Below, in pieces: positions 11,036 to 20,915 of a stretch of 64,000 nucleotides of DNA. A program made the translations under genes and the position numbers. Under the pieces are notes generated by a model. The model saw only the letters and a list, made by a program, of their open reading frames with translations. It was not told where the DNA came from and made no database searches. Within the stretch, counting starts at the first letter, position 1, and each line of letters begins with the position of its first letter. The stretch spans positions 1-64,000 of the forward strand of contig CBDFFH010000005.1 in assembly GCA_965246715.1 (NCBI GenBank), given 5' to 3'. The DNA is from Chamaesiphon sp. (GTDB lineage: Bacteria > Cyanobacteriota > Cyanobacteriia > Cyanobacteriales > Chamaesiphonaceae).

Positions 11036-11083
11036 TGGAGTTATTCCTGTGATTTATTACTGTGAGAATCTACTTGGATCTGC

Positions 11084-11284
11084 CTATCTATTCGAGCCAG
11101 TACCAGGAACGGTTGTCTCAGTGCGGGTTTTTTGGGTTTGGACTCCAGCAGGTGTGCCAAAGCCAGGAACGATATCGATGATGCCTTCATATTCCAATAC
11201 AGTGCCAACTGCAAGTGCTAGTACGATAATGCCCAGCGTGGTATATGCAGCGGTGTTAGAAGTTTTACCTACAAGTCTCGGCAT
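11084..11284 (-). CDS. Small single-TM protein
   Basis: 66 aa; TM helix followed by LEYEGIIDIVPGFG. Confidence 0.7.
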   Translation of the reverse strand: MPRLVGKTSNTAAYTTLGIIVLALAVGTVLEYEGIIDIVPGFGTPAGVQTQKTRTETTVPGTGSNR

Positions 11285-11747
11285 AATTTTTAGAGGTTTT
11301 TAAAGTTAATCGACGCTACCAGGCAGCTAGTTTTCAGAGATTAGGGAGAGCGACATCTTATCGATCGACTCGGACAACTCACTTAGTACAAAGACAATCG
11401 AGCTAAACTCGATCGAGTTTTGTGCTAGAGCATGAGTTAGTTCCACCCTTGATGTCCTCAATCCTATCAAGGTTGCCAACGATCTCCTGTCTTCCGATCG
11501 TTACAAACACGCTTGGTGATTAGTAACCCAGAAGAGGTGAGCCACGCGGTAACACGTCTACCTAGATCGATAGAGAGTGCTGCCCATTCCGAGCGATGGC
11601 CTGCGGTTGTGCCGATCGAGTTAGCACCGCTCTATCGATTGCACGAACCGCACCATTAGATAGATCTGCCAAAAGAGAGAGCCACGCCCACAGCCAGTCC
11701 TGGTATCGTGAAACACAGATCGATAGCATCACGGAGAAAATCAAATC

Positions 11748-12119
11748 ATGATTGAAAGAGGATCTAAAGTTCGGATTTCGCGCCGCGAATCCTATTGGTT
11801 TAATGAAGTTGGAACCGTCGCAACGATCGATAAATCGGGAATCAAATATCCCGCGATCGTCAGATTTGACAAAGTTAACTACGCAGGTGTCAATACCAAT
11901 AACTTTGCATTGAGCGAATTAATTGAAGTGGCCGCACCGAAGCCCAAAGCCAGCCAAACAACCGCAACTGGTTCCGGTGGCAAACAAACACAACTCGACG
12001 AGCGCAATCGGCAGACGGGTCAGGGCGTAGCATCAGTAGATGGCGACGCGACACCCGATAGTCCCGGTGGTAACACCAATCTCGCCGGCGATCCCAACCA
12101 AGGTACGGAAGCTCGCTAA
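11748..12119 (+). CDS. psaE: Photosystem I subunit IV PsaE with ~55-aa C-terminal extension
   Basis: [58 protein letters not shown] is the PsaE core. Confidence 0.92.
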   Translation: MIERGSKVRISRRESYWFNEVGTVATIDKSGIKYPAIVRFDKVNYAGVNTNNFALSELIEVAAPKPKASQTTATGSGGKQTQLDERNRQTGQGVASVDGDATPDSPGGNTNLAGDPNQGTEAR

Positions 12120-12177
12120 GCAAATTTGGTACCGATCGATCGCCTATTTATTCAGTTTTAAGTAACGGAGAATACTA

Positions 12178-12765
12178 ATGACAACAGGTAACATGCCAGA
12201 GGTTAAGCGCACACCAAATCTTTCTATGCAAGGGGGAGTTTGGTCGGGAGTACTATTTGTAATTTTAGGTCTGGTCGCAATTTTCGTACCTTTCTTCTCG
12301 ACAGTAGTCGTCGAGACCTGGATCGGGCTGATCCTTGCTAGTGCTGGTCTCGGTGGATTTGTCTATGCCATTCAAAGTCGGAGCGAAGATGGCTTTATTT
12401 GGAAACTGCTACTAAGTCTGCTTTATATCGCTACTGGCGTGCTGCTATTTGTATATCCCTTAACGGGCGTATTGACACTGACGCTACTAATCGGCAGTTT
12501 TCTGTTGATGGAAGGTGTCTTCGAGTTGATTTTAGGATTTAAGCTCAGACCGAACCAAAACTGGGGCTGGGTATTGGCCGATGGTTTATTAACAATTGGC
12601 TTTGGCGCGATCGTGTGGTTCCAATGGCCTGGTGATGCGACTTGGTTGTTAGGCACATTAGTCGGGGCGAGTCTGCTTTCCACGGGTATTTCGCGGATCG
12701 CACTGTATTTCAGTCACTCCAGCAACGACCGCATCGACAATGCTGAAAACAACCCTGTGACGTAG
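12178..12765 (+). CDS. HdeD/DUF308 family membrane protein
   Basis: About six TM helices; W..GTLVGASLLSTG C-terminal pattern. Confidence 0.85.
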   Translation: MTTGNMPEVKRTPNLSMQGGVWSGVLFVILGLVAIFVPFFSTVVVETWIGLILASAGLGGFVYAIQSRSEDGFIWKLLLSLLYIATGVLLFVYPLTGVLTLTLLIGSFLLMEGVFELILGFKLRPNQNWGWVLADGLLTIGFGAIVWFQWPGDATWLLGTLVGASLLSTGISRIALYFSHSSNDRIDNAENNPVT

Positions 12766-12795
12766 CACGATCTGCGTTCGGGCTTGAATTTTTAG

Positions 12796-12826
12796 CGGTG
12801 CCAGTGAATTTCTCACTGGCACCGCG
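12796..12826. repeat. GC-rich intergenic hairpin (terminator or RNA-stability element)
   Basis: GCGGTGCCAGTGA-ATTTC-TCACTGGCACCGC, 13-bp perfect stem. Confidence 0.6.
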
Positions 12827-12860
12827 CTCAGACGATCTTCAATCATCATAGGAGTGAGAC

Positions 12861-13457
12861 ATGGCATTAACACGCAACAAACGAGCAGTGGGGGTATTCT
12901 CCAGTCACTCTGCGGCAGAGAACGCACTCAACGAATTAAGCCACGACGGATTTGAAATGAATCAAGTATCGATCGTGGCTCGAGATGTCGATCGACTCGA
13001 ACATAGCGATCGCATCGGCGATACGAAAGTCCAAGATCTCAATGAAGATACTCAAGCTGATGAAGGTGTCAAAACTGGAGCGACAGCGGGTGGTGTCGTT
13101 GGCGGTGTGACCGGATTATTGGTGGGACTGGGAACGCTAGCTATTCCAGGAATCGGCCCGATTATGTTAGCTGGGGCAACTGCAACCGCGATCGCGACAA
13201 GCGTAGCTGGGGGTGCCATTGGCGCAGCAACTGGGGGTATGCTCGGTGGTCTGATCGGTCTGGGAATTCCCGAAGATCGCGCGCAAGACTACCACGATCG
13301 TGTGGTACGCGGCGACTATCTGGTAATTATCGATGGTACCGAGGAAGAGATCGCCCGCGCTGGTGAAGTGCTCAAGCGCCGAGGTGTCACCCAGTGGGAA
13401 GTATATGCAGCTCCAGCAGTAGTTGGCGATGCCGTCGATGCACCCTACCTGGGCTGA
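12861..13457 (+). CDS. General stress protein (YflT/17M-like) with glycine-zipper hairpin
   Basis: RAVGVF..AENALNEL..GF..VSIVARD; GLGTLAIPGIGP; GLGIPEDRA..Y. Confidence 0.8.
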   Translation: MALTRNKRAVGVFSSHSAAENALNELSHDGFEMNQVSIVARDVDRLEHSDRIGDTKVQDLNEDTQADEGVKTGATAGGVVGGVTGLLVGLGTLAIPGIGPIMLAGATATAIATSVAGGAIGAATGGMLGGLIGLGIPEDRAQDYHDRVVRGDYLVIIDGTEEEIARAGEVLKRRGVTQWEVYAAPAVVGDAVDAPYLG

Positions 13458-13483
13458 AATCAGCAATTAATTTAAGGAGTGGA

Positions 13484-14020
13484 ATGATGAAGAAGATCGC
13501 AACCCTAGCGCTAGCAGGAGTGCTGCTAGTCGGTACTGTCGCTTGTAACAGTGCTAGTACTGACAAGACCAGTGCGAATGCCCCTGAGACTACGGCGAGT
13601 ACGAGCGCATCGCCGAATGGAACTGGCAGCAGCACCACCACTAGTTCGCCCAATTCTACCGCGACCACTGGCGCATCGCCGACGGTGAACGCGGTTAAAG
13701 ATAATAAAAACGATGCAACTAGCAAAGTCCGCCGCGATCAGCTCAATTCAGACATTCGCGCTCGCGAACAACGCAACAATGTCACTGGTGGCGATGCAGA
13801 TCGCGCAAGCGGGGATCTGTCGAGTGAAATCCGGTCTAAACTCGAAGCCAACATTCCCAATGGCAGTCTGACAGTTTCGGCCAAAGATGGCGCAGTTGTA
13901 GTCTCTGGCACCGTACCCGCCCAAAATCAACTTGCAAAAATCGAACCATTGGTCAAACAAATCAAGGGCGTTAAAAGTGTAAAAATTGCGGCTAAAGTTG
14001 CACCAGCCACCAAGCAATAA
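13484..14020 (+). CDS. BON-domain lipoprotein
   Basis: Start MMKKIATL after AAGGAG; lipobox TVAC; S/T-rich linker; BON (EIRSKLEAN..VVVSGTV..IKGVKSV). Confidence 0.85.
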   Translation: MMKKIATLALAGVLLVGTVACNSASTDKTSANAPETTASTSASPNGTGSSTTTSSPNSTATTGASPTVNAVKDNKNDATSKVRRDQLNSDIRAREQRNNVTGGDADRASGDLSSEIRSKLEANIPNGSLTVSAKDGAVVVSGTVPAQNQLAKIEPLVKQIKGVKSVKIAAKVAPATKQ

Positions 14021-14522
14021 CTTGCTGAATTTAGCTCCAGCGATCGAGCATGAGTCAGTATGGTGCTGAGCTGGCACCCGACCTAGCAGTCAGCAAAGTG
14101 GGCGCTCGCTAACGCTAGATTTAAACCCGCTAGCGCCGCCTCTTCGAAGAAACTTAACCTGAAATCAGTTCGGATCGAGGAGCTGTAGGTTGGGAAAAGC
14201 AATGCCAACCCCAACATCCTCACAAAGTTTCTTCGCTCGATCGGAAGGCGTTCACGTCAGCTTAGATGCTTGTAAAGAGAAATGAGCATCGCACAGTTTA
14301 TTCAAGTGCAAAGAAATCCAATATTTTTGCCAGCAAAATCGAAATTTACCCGCTCTTTCCAAGCTGAAAAATGCGATTGCAATTTACCAGATTCAACCGG
14401 ACAAGATGACTGGTAGTAAGACTCAATCGGCCCAAGACCACTCTTTCAATTAGTTGGCTAGGTTCTGTGCTCGATCGTTCGGAAAGTTTTAATTTCAAGT
14501 ATTAATAAGAGCTGTTTATCTT

Positions 14523-16595
14523 ATGGTCAAGCGATCGCTCCAAGCATGTCCTTCGCGAGTGCATCAGGCTAAGCGCGCATTCGCGCTCAAAGGCTGGACG
14601 CAGGAAAACCTGGCTGGCGAGGTAAACCTCAAAACCCGCCAGCCGATTTGGCGATTTTTCACGGGACAACCAGTAGAACGTCAAATCTTTATCGAAATTT
14701 GTGCGATTTTGGATCTAGATTGGCGCGAGATTGCCGTCGATCCACCAGCAGAATTTCCCGAACTCGGACGGCGCGGTGAGGGTGCGGCGTTAGATCTCGA
14801 TGGACTGGTGCAGCAAGTGCGATCGCAACTTCGGGATGCGCTACGCGATCGATGCGGCATCCTCCACCTCCTCGATCTCGGTCGCCCCGTGTGGATCGAT
14901 GATATTTATATCGATGTCAATCTGCTCGAACGGGTGAGCGCTCAACAATGGTGCGAGCTGGCGGATCTCCAGCAGCTCGTCCCAGAGCGCTTTGCCCGGC
15001 TGCCAGGAGTTGGCGAGCGCCAGCGAGTGGGCACGAGCGACGAGCGGCAACAACTACCGGGGATCCAAGCTGTAGCAACATACTCCAAGCTCAAAGTTCT
15101 GGGTCGCCCAGGGATGGGCAAAACGATGTTCCTCAAGCATTTGGCACTGCAATGCGATCGCGGCGAATTCGCTGCCGATCGGGTACCGTTGTTCGTGACA
15201 CTGAATGATTTTGCCGAAGCGAGCAGTGCTAGCGGCAAATTCGATCTCATCGAGTATCTGCGCCAGATCGCGACCGACTCGGGAGTTACCAACCCATCCA
15301 TATTAGAAACCCTCCTCCAAGAGGGTCGCGTCCTCCTGTTAATTGACGGCATGGATGAAGTCGCCGCGCCGGTTCTCGCCGCGACGCTCAAAGAGCTGCG
15401 GAAATTTTCGGACAAATACCATAAAAATCAGTACGTGGTAACTTGTCGCACTGGCGCGCGCAATCTCCCCTTACGCGGTTTTACTGAGGTGGAAATCGCC
15501 CCATTCGCGCGCGCACAGATTGCCAACTTCGCGCACAAATGGTTTACGACACTCGCCGATCGCCGTCCACAATCGGGACGTACGCTATCGCTGCAATTAC
15601 TCCAGCAATTAGATATCAGCGAAAACTGGCAGCTCCGCCAATTGGTAGCGACCCCCCTATTTTTACATTTGGCTTGTGGCATATTTCACTCCCAGGGCAA
15701 ATTTCCCGTGCAACGGATCGACTTTTACGATCGAATCGTGAGTTTATTACTGGGAGAATGGGATCGAGCCAAAGGTATCGATCGAACATCAGTCGAGCGC
15801 GGATTATCAACGCCGCAAACCCTACGACTGTTAAGTCAGTTAGCGGCTGCAACCTTCGAGCGCGGGCAATACTCGATCGAGCGGCGCGAAGTAGAACGCT
15901 ACATTAGCGACTTCTTACGCAGTTTGCCCGATCGGCAGCTCACCCCAGAAGAAATCCAACTCGAGAGTACGGCAATCCTCGGGGCGCTCGAAACCCAACA
16001 CGGACTCCCGATCGAATGCGCGCGTGGCCTGTTTTCATTCTCAGTACCGATTTTTCAGGAATATTTAACTGCACGGAAAATTGTCTCTCAGGAAGATCGT
16101 GGCAGCTTGGAGCGATCGCTCCGAGGACTGGTGCGGCATCTGACCGATCCGCAATGGCATGAAGTATTTATCCTCTGCGCGACGATGTTACGCAATGCTG
16201 ATGAGCTAGTACAGCTGATGCGCCAGCAGATCGATCTCCTCGTCGATCGCGAACCCTGTCTGCAAGAGTTCTTGGTATGGCTCGGTCAAACAGCATCGCT
16301 CCACCCAGCTCGATCGAAAAGTCAAGTTGTCTGGGTACAACAGTTGAAAACTGCCGTCGCCGATTACCAAAATACTCACGATTCCTGGCAGTTAAATACC
16401 GAGCGCGAGCAATTGTTGCAGTCTTACTGCTATGCCAATCAACTCTTGCTCGATTGTTTAAATGGTAGTCCAGAAGTCACGCCAGCGCTCGATCGAGAAA
16501 TCACGGCCACATTGCTACCCCAAAAAGTTGGTAACATTACATCGCCATGGATTCCCGCACGCATTTCGCCATTGAGATCGCCGCAAAGCGCATAG
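14523..16595 (+). CDS. HTH-NACHT NTPase (cyanobacterial STAND protein)
   Basis: N-terminal HTH (GWTQENLAGEV..TRQPIWRFFTG); Walker A GRPGMGKT; Walker B LLLIDGMDE; VVTCR; FQEYLTA. Confidence 0.9.
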   Translation: MVKRSLQACPSRVHQAKRAFALKGWTQENLAGEVNLKTRQPIWRFFTGQPVERQIFIEICAILDLDWREIAVDPPAEFPELGRRGEGAALDLDGLVQQVRSQLRDALRDRCGILHLLDLGRPVWIDDIYIDVNLLERVSAQQWCELADLQQLVPERFARLPGVGERQRVGTSDERQQLPGIQAVATYSKLKVLGRPGMGKTMFLKHLALQCDRGEFAADRVPLFVTLNDFAEASSASGKFDLIEYLRQIATDSGVTNPSILETLLQEGRVLLLIDGMDEVAAPVLAATLKELRKFSDKYHKNQYVVTCRTGARNLPLRGFTEVEIAPFARAQIANFAHKWFTTLADRRPQSGRTLSLQLLQQLDISENWQLRQLVATPLFLHLACGIFHSQGKFPVQRIDFYDRIVSLLLGEWDRAKGIDRTSVERGLSTPQTLRLLSQLAAATFERGQYSIERREVERYISDFLRSLPDRQLTPEEIQLESTAILGALETQHGLPIECARGLFSFSVPIFQEYLTARKIVSQEDRGSLERSLRGLVRHLTDPQWHEVFILCATMLRNADELVQLMRQQIDLLVDREPCLQEFLVWLGQTASLHPARSKSQVVWVQQLKTAVADYQNTHDSWQLNTEREQLLQSYCYANQLLLDCLNGSPEVTPALDREITATLLPQKVGNITSPWIPARISPLRSPQSA

Positions 16596-16708
16596 TAGCA
16601 GACGCAAATCTTTCGTTCTACGAGGTAAATCAGATCGATCTCGAACTAATGTTAAATTAACGTGAGTTCGGGATAACGAACTAAGAAATTTGGTAGTTCT
16701 CTGAAGAG

Positions 16709-17535
16709 GGCGTTGCTGGATTAAGATATGATTTGGCGATCGAGAGGTAATCTGTGCCGTCGATCGCCAGAACTAACTGAATTAGGAGTTGGTACTTCAC
16801 CAAATTTAAGATAATGAATTAACAATCTAATAGAATGCTTTAGCATTTGTTCGCACTTAGAATAACATAATGTTTTTCTTTTTAATCGAGCTAAGTAATG
16901 TCTGAGCCTAGTGTTTTCACCCTCAACTCTTGTCATATAAGTTTTACTCACGATTTGGTCACCATCTGGAATAAATATTGGATAGACCCTCCACCCATCC
17001 GTCACATAAAAATAACATTTCCATGTACTTACCAAATTCTCCCATAGCGGTCTAAATGTCTTAGCACTGTGGTCGCCTAATACCCATCCTAAAATACCCA
17101 TCTGAAAGTGATTTACTGCCGTCCAGAGCCAGATCTTGTTTTTTTTGAGCCAACAAACGTCTCTAACTCATCCAACTCACCAACTTCTGGTATTTGGTCT
17201 GAATTATAGTAATCTGGGAGATTTCCCCCTACTTGCTTCACCCAATCCATGACAGTTGTATTATGCACACCCATTACTCTTTCTATTGCTCGAAATCCCA
17301 TCCCATTAACATACATTGACAAACATTTCTGCTTGATTTGTGGTGAATATCCTCTGTGTGCTTCATAACAATCTATAAATTGCCGTCCGCAGTCTTTACA
17401 AATATGGTTCTGCTTTCCCTTTATTCGCCCATTTTTATTGATATTAGACGATCTACATTCAGGACATTCCATTTAGATATTTGCTCTTGTTACTTCTCTC
17501 GATCGCCTTAGATCATATCCTAATCCAGCAACGCC
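16709..17535 (-). mobile_element. IS1-family insertion sequence, ~827 bp, TIR GGCGTTGCTGGATTA..., TSD CTCTGAAGAG
   Basis: Imperfect ~38-bp inverted ends; direct repeats 16699-16708 and 17536-17545 (8 bp if the ends are extended by one base). Confidence 0.93.
16721..17472 (-). CDS. IS1 transposase InsA-InsB' joined by a -1 frameshift at an A8 run (17139-17146)
   Basis: InsA CPEC...CKDC and ELDELETFVGSKK; -1 frame KNKIWLWTAVNHF..VTDGWRVY..RVEGENTRLRHYLARL. Confidence 0.9.
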
Positions 17536-17672
17536 CTCTGAAGAGAACTTGAGCTATTAGCCCGTTGGCGTTGGCGAAGCCTACCGTAGGTACAGCCTCT
17601 GGGCACGAGACACTTCCAGTTCAGGGCGGTGCTAGAGCGGAGCAAATCAATTTTCCTTATCCCGAACTGAGG

Positions 17673-20603
17673 TTAAATTAGTGAGGCTTTAACGATCAGA
17701 TCGTTGAAATCGCGATCGCCACCACCGAAGGTATCTTCAAATCCGAATGTACCATTGCCGATCGAGCGAATGTGTTCGAGCTTGTCGGCATTAGCACTGG
17801 CAAATGCCGTATAGGCATTGAGATTACCCCCATTCGCCGCGTCGGCGAGGGTGCCATTGGCAACTAAAATCGGCAGATAGTAGGATGAAGTTTCTAGAGC
17901 GACACTAACATTAGCTTGGCTGCCATTATCGGTACCCAGCGTCAAACCGGATTTTAGGGCAAGCGCTAATGAATTTTGTAATGCTGCTTGAATATATCCC
18001 GCATCGGTTGGCTTTAAAATCCCCTGACTGGTTTCGATCGCACCACTAGCATCCAGCGCGCGATAGAAGCCGACAGAGTTATTATAGGCAGCATCGCGAT
18101 CGACACTAAAGGAAATTTGGGCGATCGGTGCGACGATTTGACTCAGATCGAGACTCAAGCCATCGACTAGCTGCGGGAGTTCTGCCTGTGGCAGTTCCGC
18201 TGCGAATACAGCACCTTGTGCGCCGACTGGAGCGATGGGTGCCACATCATCATTGACAATCGTCGCTGTAATCGTTTTAGTCGGGCCGATATTATAACCA
18301 GTGGATTTCTGGAGCGTAATCCCGATCGTTTCATTAGCTTCAAAGACAGTATCGGCTTTGGGATCGATAATCAACTTCGCAGTGGCAGCACCAGCTGCAA
18401 AAGTAATCGTACCGCCAGTGTTACCGAAAGTTTTCGCACCAGTTTGGGTGTAATCATCGTTGAATACTGCGGTGCCGTTGACTCCATAGTTGACAGTCAA
18501 AGCTTGGGTGTTCGATCCAGTCCGTGCGAACGTATATTCGATATTGGTAGCACCATTTTCGAGGACACTAGCTGGCGATACTGCAAGAGTGACAACGGAT
18601 AACTCGTCATCGACGATCGTACCCGTTACAGTGGCAGTCGTGCCGAGGGTATAACCTGTACCTGTTGTCAGCGTTACATCTACCGTTTCGTTGTTTTCGA
18701 GTGTGGTATCCGCAGTCGGATCGATCGTTAATTTGGCAGTACTCGAACCAGCTGCAAACGTCATCGTCCCAGTTTTATTCGCAGTGCTAAAGCTGGCTTG
18801 ACCGCTTTGGTTATAATCAGCTACTGTAGTCGTACTGCCCACTAGCGTCGCACTTCCACCAATTTTGTAGTTGACGGTTAAAGCACTGAGATTATTGCCC
18901 GTGCGGGTGAAGGTATACACTAGACTTGCCGCACCATCTTCTAAGACGCTCTCAGAAGCTAAGGCAAGCGAAATCACCGCAGGGACATCATCGTTGAGGA
19001 TCGTACCGGTAACGGTAGCAGGGGTAGCGACGAGATAATTCGGATTGCTAACCAATGTCACAGCGACAGTTTCATCGCCTTCTACGATACTATCAGCAGT
19101 CGGATCGATCGTCAGCGTGGCAGTACTCGCACCAGCAGCAAAAGTTATCGTTCCAGCAGTAGCGGTAAAACTGGCTGCACCACTCTGGCTGTAATCGGTA
19201 CCAAAGGTCGCGTTACCTGCAACTTGGTAACTCACTGTGAGCGCATTAGTAGCAGTACCAGTGCGTGTGAAGGTGTAGACCAGATTTGCAGTGCCATCTT
19301 CCTGTACGCTAGTCGTAGCTAGGGCAAGGCTCACATATTGCTGGTTGGGTGGAATGATATTACCACCGATCGAATATTGACCCAAGCTACCATAATCGGA
19401 GTAGCCAGTGGTGCGAGGATCGCCTTTACCGACACCGTCGATCTTGAGGTAATAAGTACCAGCAGTTGCGAGCGTGGTAGAGATACTAGCTGCAAGACCA
19501 TCGATCGGATTTGCGGACGCGATTAGCGTACCATTTGCATTGTAGAGTTCTGCCAAAATATCTAAGTTCGCCCCACGTGCGGCGGGATCGATATTCAGCG
19601 TAATCGCTCCGGCATTCGATACAAAACTGTAAAAATCAACATCGGTATTGCGCTCGATAATGCCATTACCACTGACCGCATTACCAGCAAGAGTCAATGC
19701 TTTAGCGCTGCTGATGCTATTACCCGCATCATCGACGCGATAGCCGAAACCATTGCGAGTGGTAATAATTTGCAGATCGTCTTCAAGATTATTTGCTGCA
19801 CCATACTCTCCTTTACTCCACTGAGTAAGGTTTTGGTAGTAGCCGACACCCATAATCGGTGCCCAGCCAGTTTCACCAGTGCCCTGTCCTCCATAATATC
19901 CCTCTACAGGTGAATTTCGCCCATCGTGATCTAATCCCAGCGTATGACCGACTTCATGGCTAATAGCTTCAGCGGTATACTTTTCATTACCGTTGCCTAG
20001 TTGCTTTGTGAAGACAAAAGCTGGAGTATCGGTATTCCAGTTGAAAGAAGTCAAGTAAGCAATTCCGCCTGCCCCAGCACCAAGCCAATCATAACTACTA
20101 CCACCGATCGCCACTCTCACACCCCACCGAGGATCGCTCGTTCCACTTTTGATGAGATCGTTGATATCGGTTGGTGCTTGAGTCGTAACGTTGACATTAA
20201 ATGGACTAAAATCTTCGGCTACGCGCTGCCAAATATATTGAATACTGGTCAGTTCGGCTGTGCTAAAAACTGCGGTATTCCCATCAAAATCGTAAGCTGG
20301 AGTGATAATCGATGGATTGGCACTATCGTTCCAATAAGTATTAGTAGTCGTATTGCCATCAAAATCTAGGTAAATAGTGAAATTCGACCCAGCAAGGCTA
20401 TTTAAGGCAAAGGTTTTAGTCAAGTCTAGGGGAGCGACTGTTGCAGTTGCCGAGCCAGTATTAGTACTAGTGCTACCAAGTTGAGCTTCGATTAACGCTG
20501 CATCTATACCCGGTAAGTAATCATCATGTCCGTCGTTCGAGATCTCAGTTACTGGTGCATCATAACTTATCGTAGGTCGATCGAATCTGTCGCTCGTTTC
20601 CAT
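17673..20603 (-). CDS. Secreted zinc metalloprotease (metzincin) with PPC-like, ~3 Calx-beta-like and C-terminal DUF4114-like domains
   Basis: HEVGHTLGLDH, Met-turn PIMG, repeated SV.EDG..LVYTFTRTG..LTV.Y modules, GFEDTFGGGDRDFNDL; probable start METSD at 20603. Confidence 0.85.
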   Translation of the reverse strand: METSDRFDRPTISYDAPVTEISNDGHDDYLPGIDAALIEAQLGSTSTNTGSATATVAPLDLTKTFALNSLAGSNFTIYLDFDGNTTTNTYWNDSANPSIITPAYDFDGNTAVFSTAELTSIQYIWQRVAEDFSPFNVNVTTQAPTDINDLIKSGTSDPRWGVRVAIGGSSYDWLGAGAGGIAYLTSFNWNTDTPAFVFTKQLGNGNEKYTAEAISHEVGHTLGLDHDGRNSPVEGYYGGQGTGETGWAPIMGVGYYQNLTQWSKGEYGAANNLEDDLQIITTRNGFGYRVDDAGNSISSAKALTLAGNAVSGNGIIERNTDVDFYSFVSNAGAITLNIDPAARGANLDILAELYNANGTLIASANPIDGLAASISTTLATAGTYYLKIDGVGKGDPRTTGYSDYGSLGQYSIGGNIIPPNQQYVSLALATTSVQEDGTANLVYTFTRTGTATNALTVSYQVAGNATFGTDYSQSGAASFTATAGTITFAAGASTATLTIDPTADSIVEGDETVAVTLVSNPNYLVATPATVTGTILNDDVPAVISLALASESVLEDGAASLVYTFTRTGNNLSALTVNYKIGGSATLVGSTTTVADYNQSGQASFSTANKTGTMTFAAGSSTAKLTIDPTADTTLENNETVDVTLTTGTGYTLGTTATVTGTIVDDELSVVTLAVSPASVLENGATNIEYTFARTGSNTQALTVNYGVNGTAVFNDDYTQTGAKTFGNTGGTITFAAGAATAKLIIDPKADTVFEANETIGITLQKSTGYNIGPTKTITATIVNDDVAPIAPVGAQGAVFAAELPQAELPQLVDGLSLDLSQIVAPIAQISFSVDRDAAYNNSVGFYRALDASGAIETSQGILKPTDAGYIQAALQNSLALALKSGLTLGTDNGSQANVSVALETSSYYLPILVANGTLADAANGGNLNAYTAFASANADKLEHIRSIGNGTFGFEDTFGGGDRDFNDLIVKASLI

Positions 20604-20822
20604 TATTAACTCAACTTTGTAATCGGGGTGTTTCGTTAATTTAAACACCCAAAAGTTGAGGATTCACCCGTAAATTTACGGAAAACAAAGATAAATAATC
20701 TAATTGTAATTAATAAATATTATGCTGCGATCGCGATCGCATAAGATCGGATTTAACGATCGCATCTTCAGCCAATTGCGATCGCAAATATCAAATATTA
20801 CTAACTGCTGTAATTCTCAACA

Positions 20823-20915
20823 TCAAGCCTATTCCCTATCCCCTGTCTTGAAAAGGTGCTCTACTTGGGGAGACCCCAAGACCGCACTTTTCGCTATTCC
20901 CTATTCCCTAAAGAC
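20823..20915. repeat. Short repeat insert: CCTATTC-type heptamers flanking a hairpin element
   Basis: CCTATTCCCTAT.. / CTATTCCCTATTCCCTA around GAAAAGGTGCTCTACTTGGGGAGACCCCAAGACCGCACTTTTC. Confidence 0.65.

Larger units (their letters stand above)
16660..17673. mobile_element. MITE family A (AC-ended, IS982-like termini) containing a nested IS1; 7-bp TSD TAAATTA
   Basis: Ends ACGTGAGTTCGGGATAA / TTATCCCGAACTGAGGT; TAAATTA at 16653-16659 and 17674-17680. Confidence 0.8.

Noticed and set aside
13394..13483. Longer GTG start for the BON protein overlapping the upstream gene
   Set aside because: The RBS and lipoprotein signal point to ATG 13484
14020..14522. ncRNA or small gene in the 500-bp gap before the NACHT gene
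   Set aside because: Only a degenerate REP-like palindrome (GTAGGTTGGG..CCCCAAC near 14185-14216) is visible; no supportable ORF or RNA family
17113..17150. IS1 transposase as a frameshifted pseudogene
   Set aside because: The shift lies at the A-run between insA and insB, the normal programmed -1 frameshift of IS1 elements
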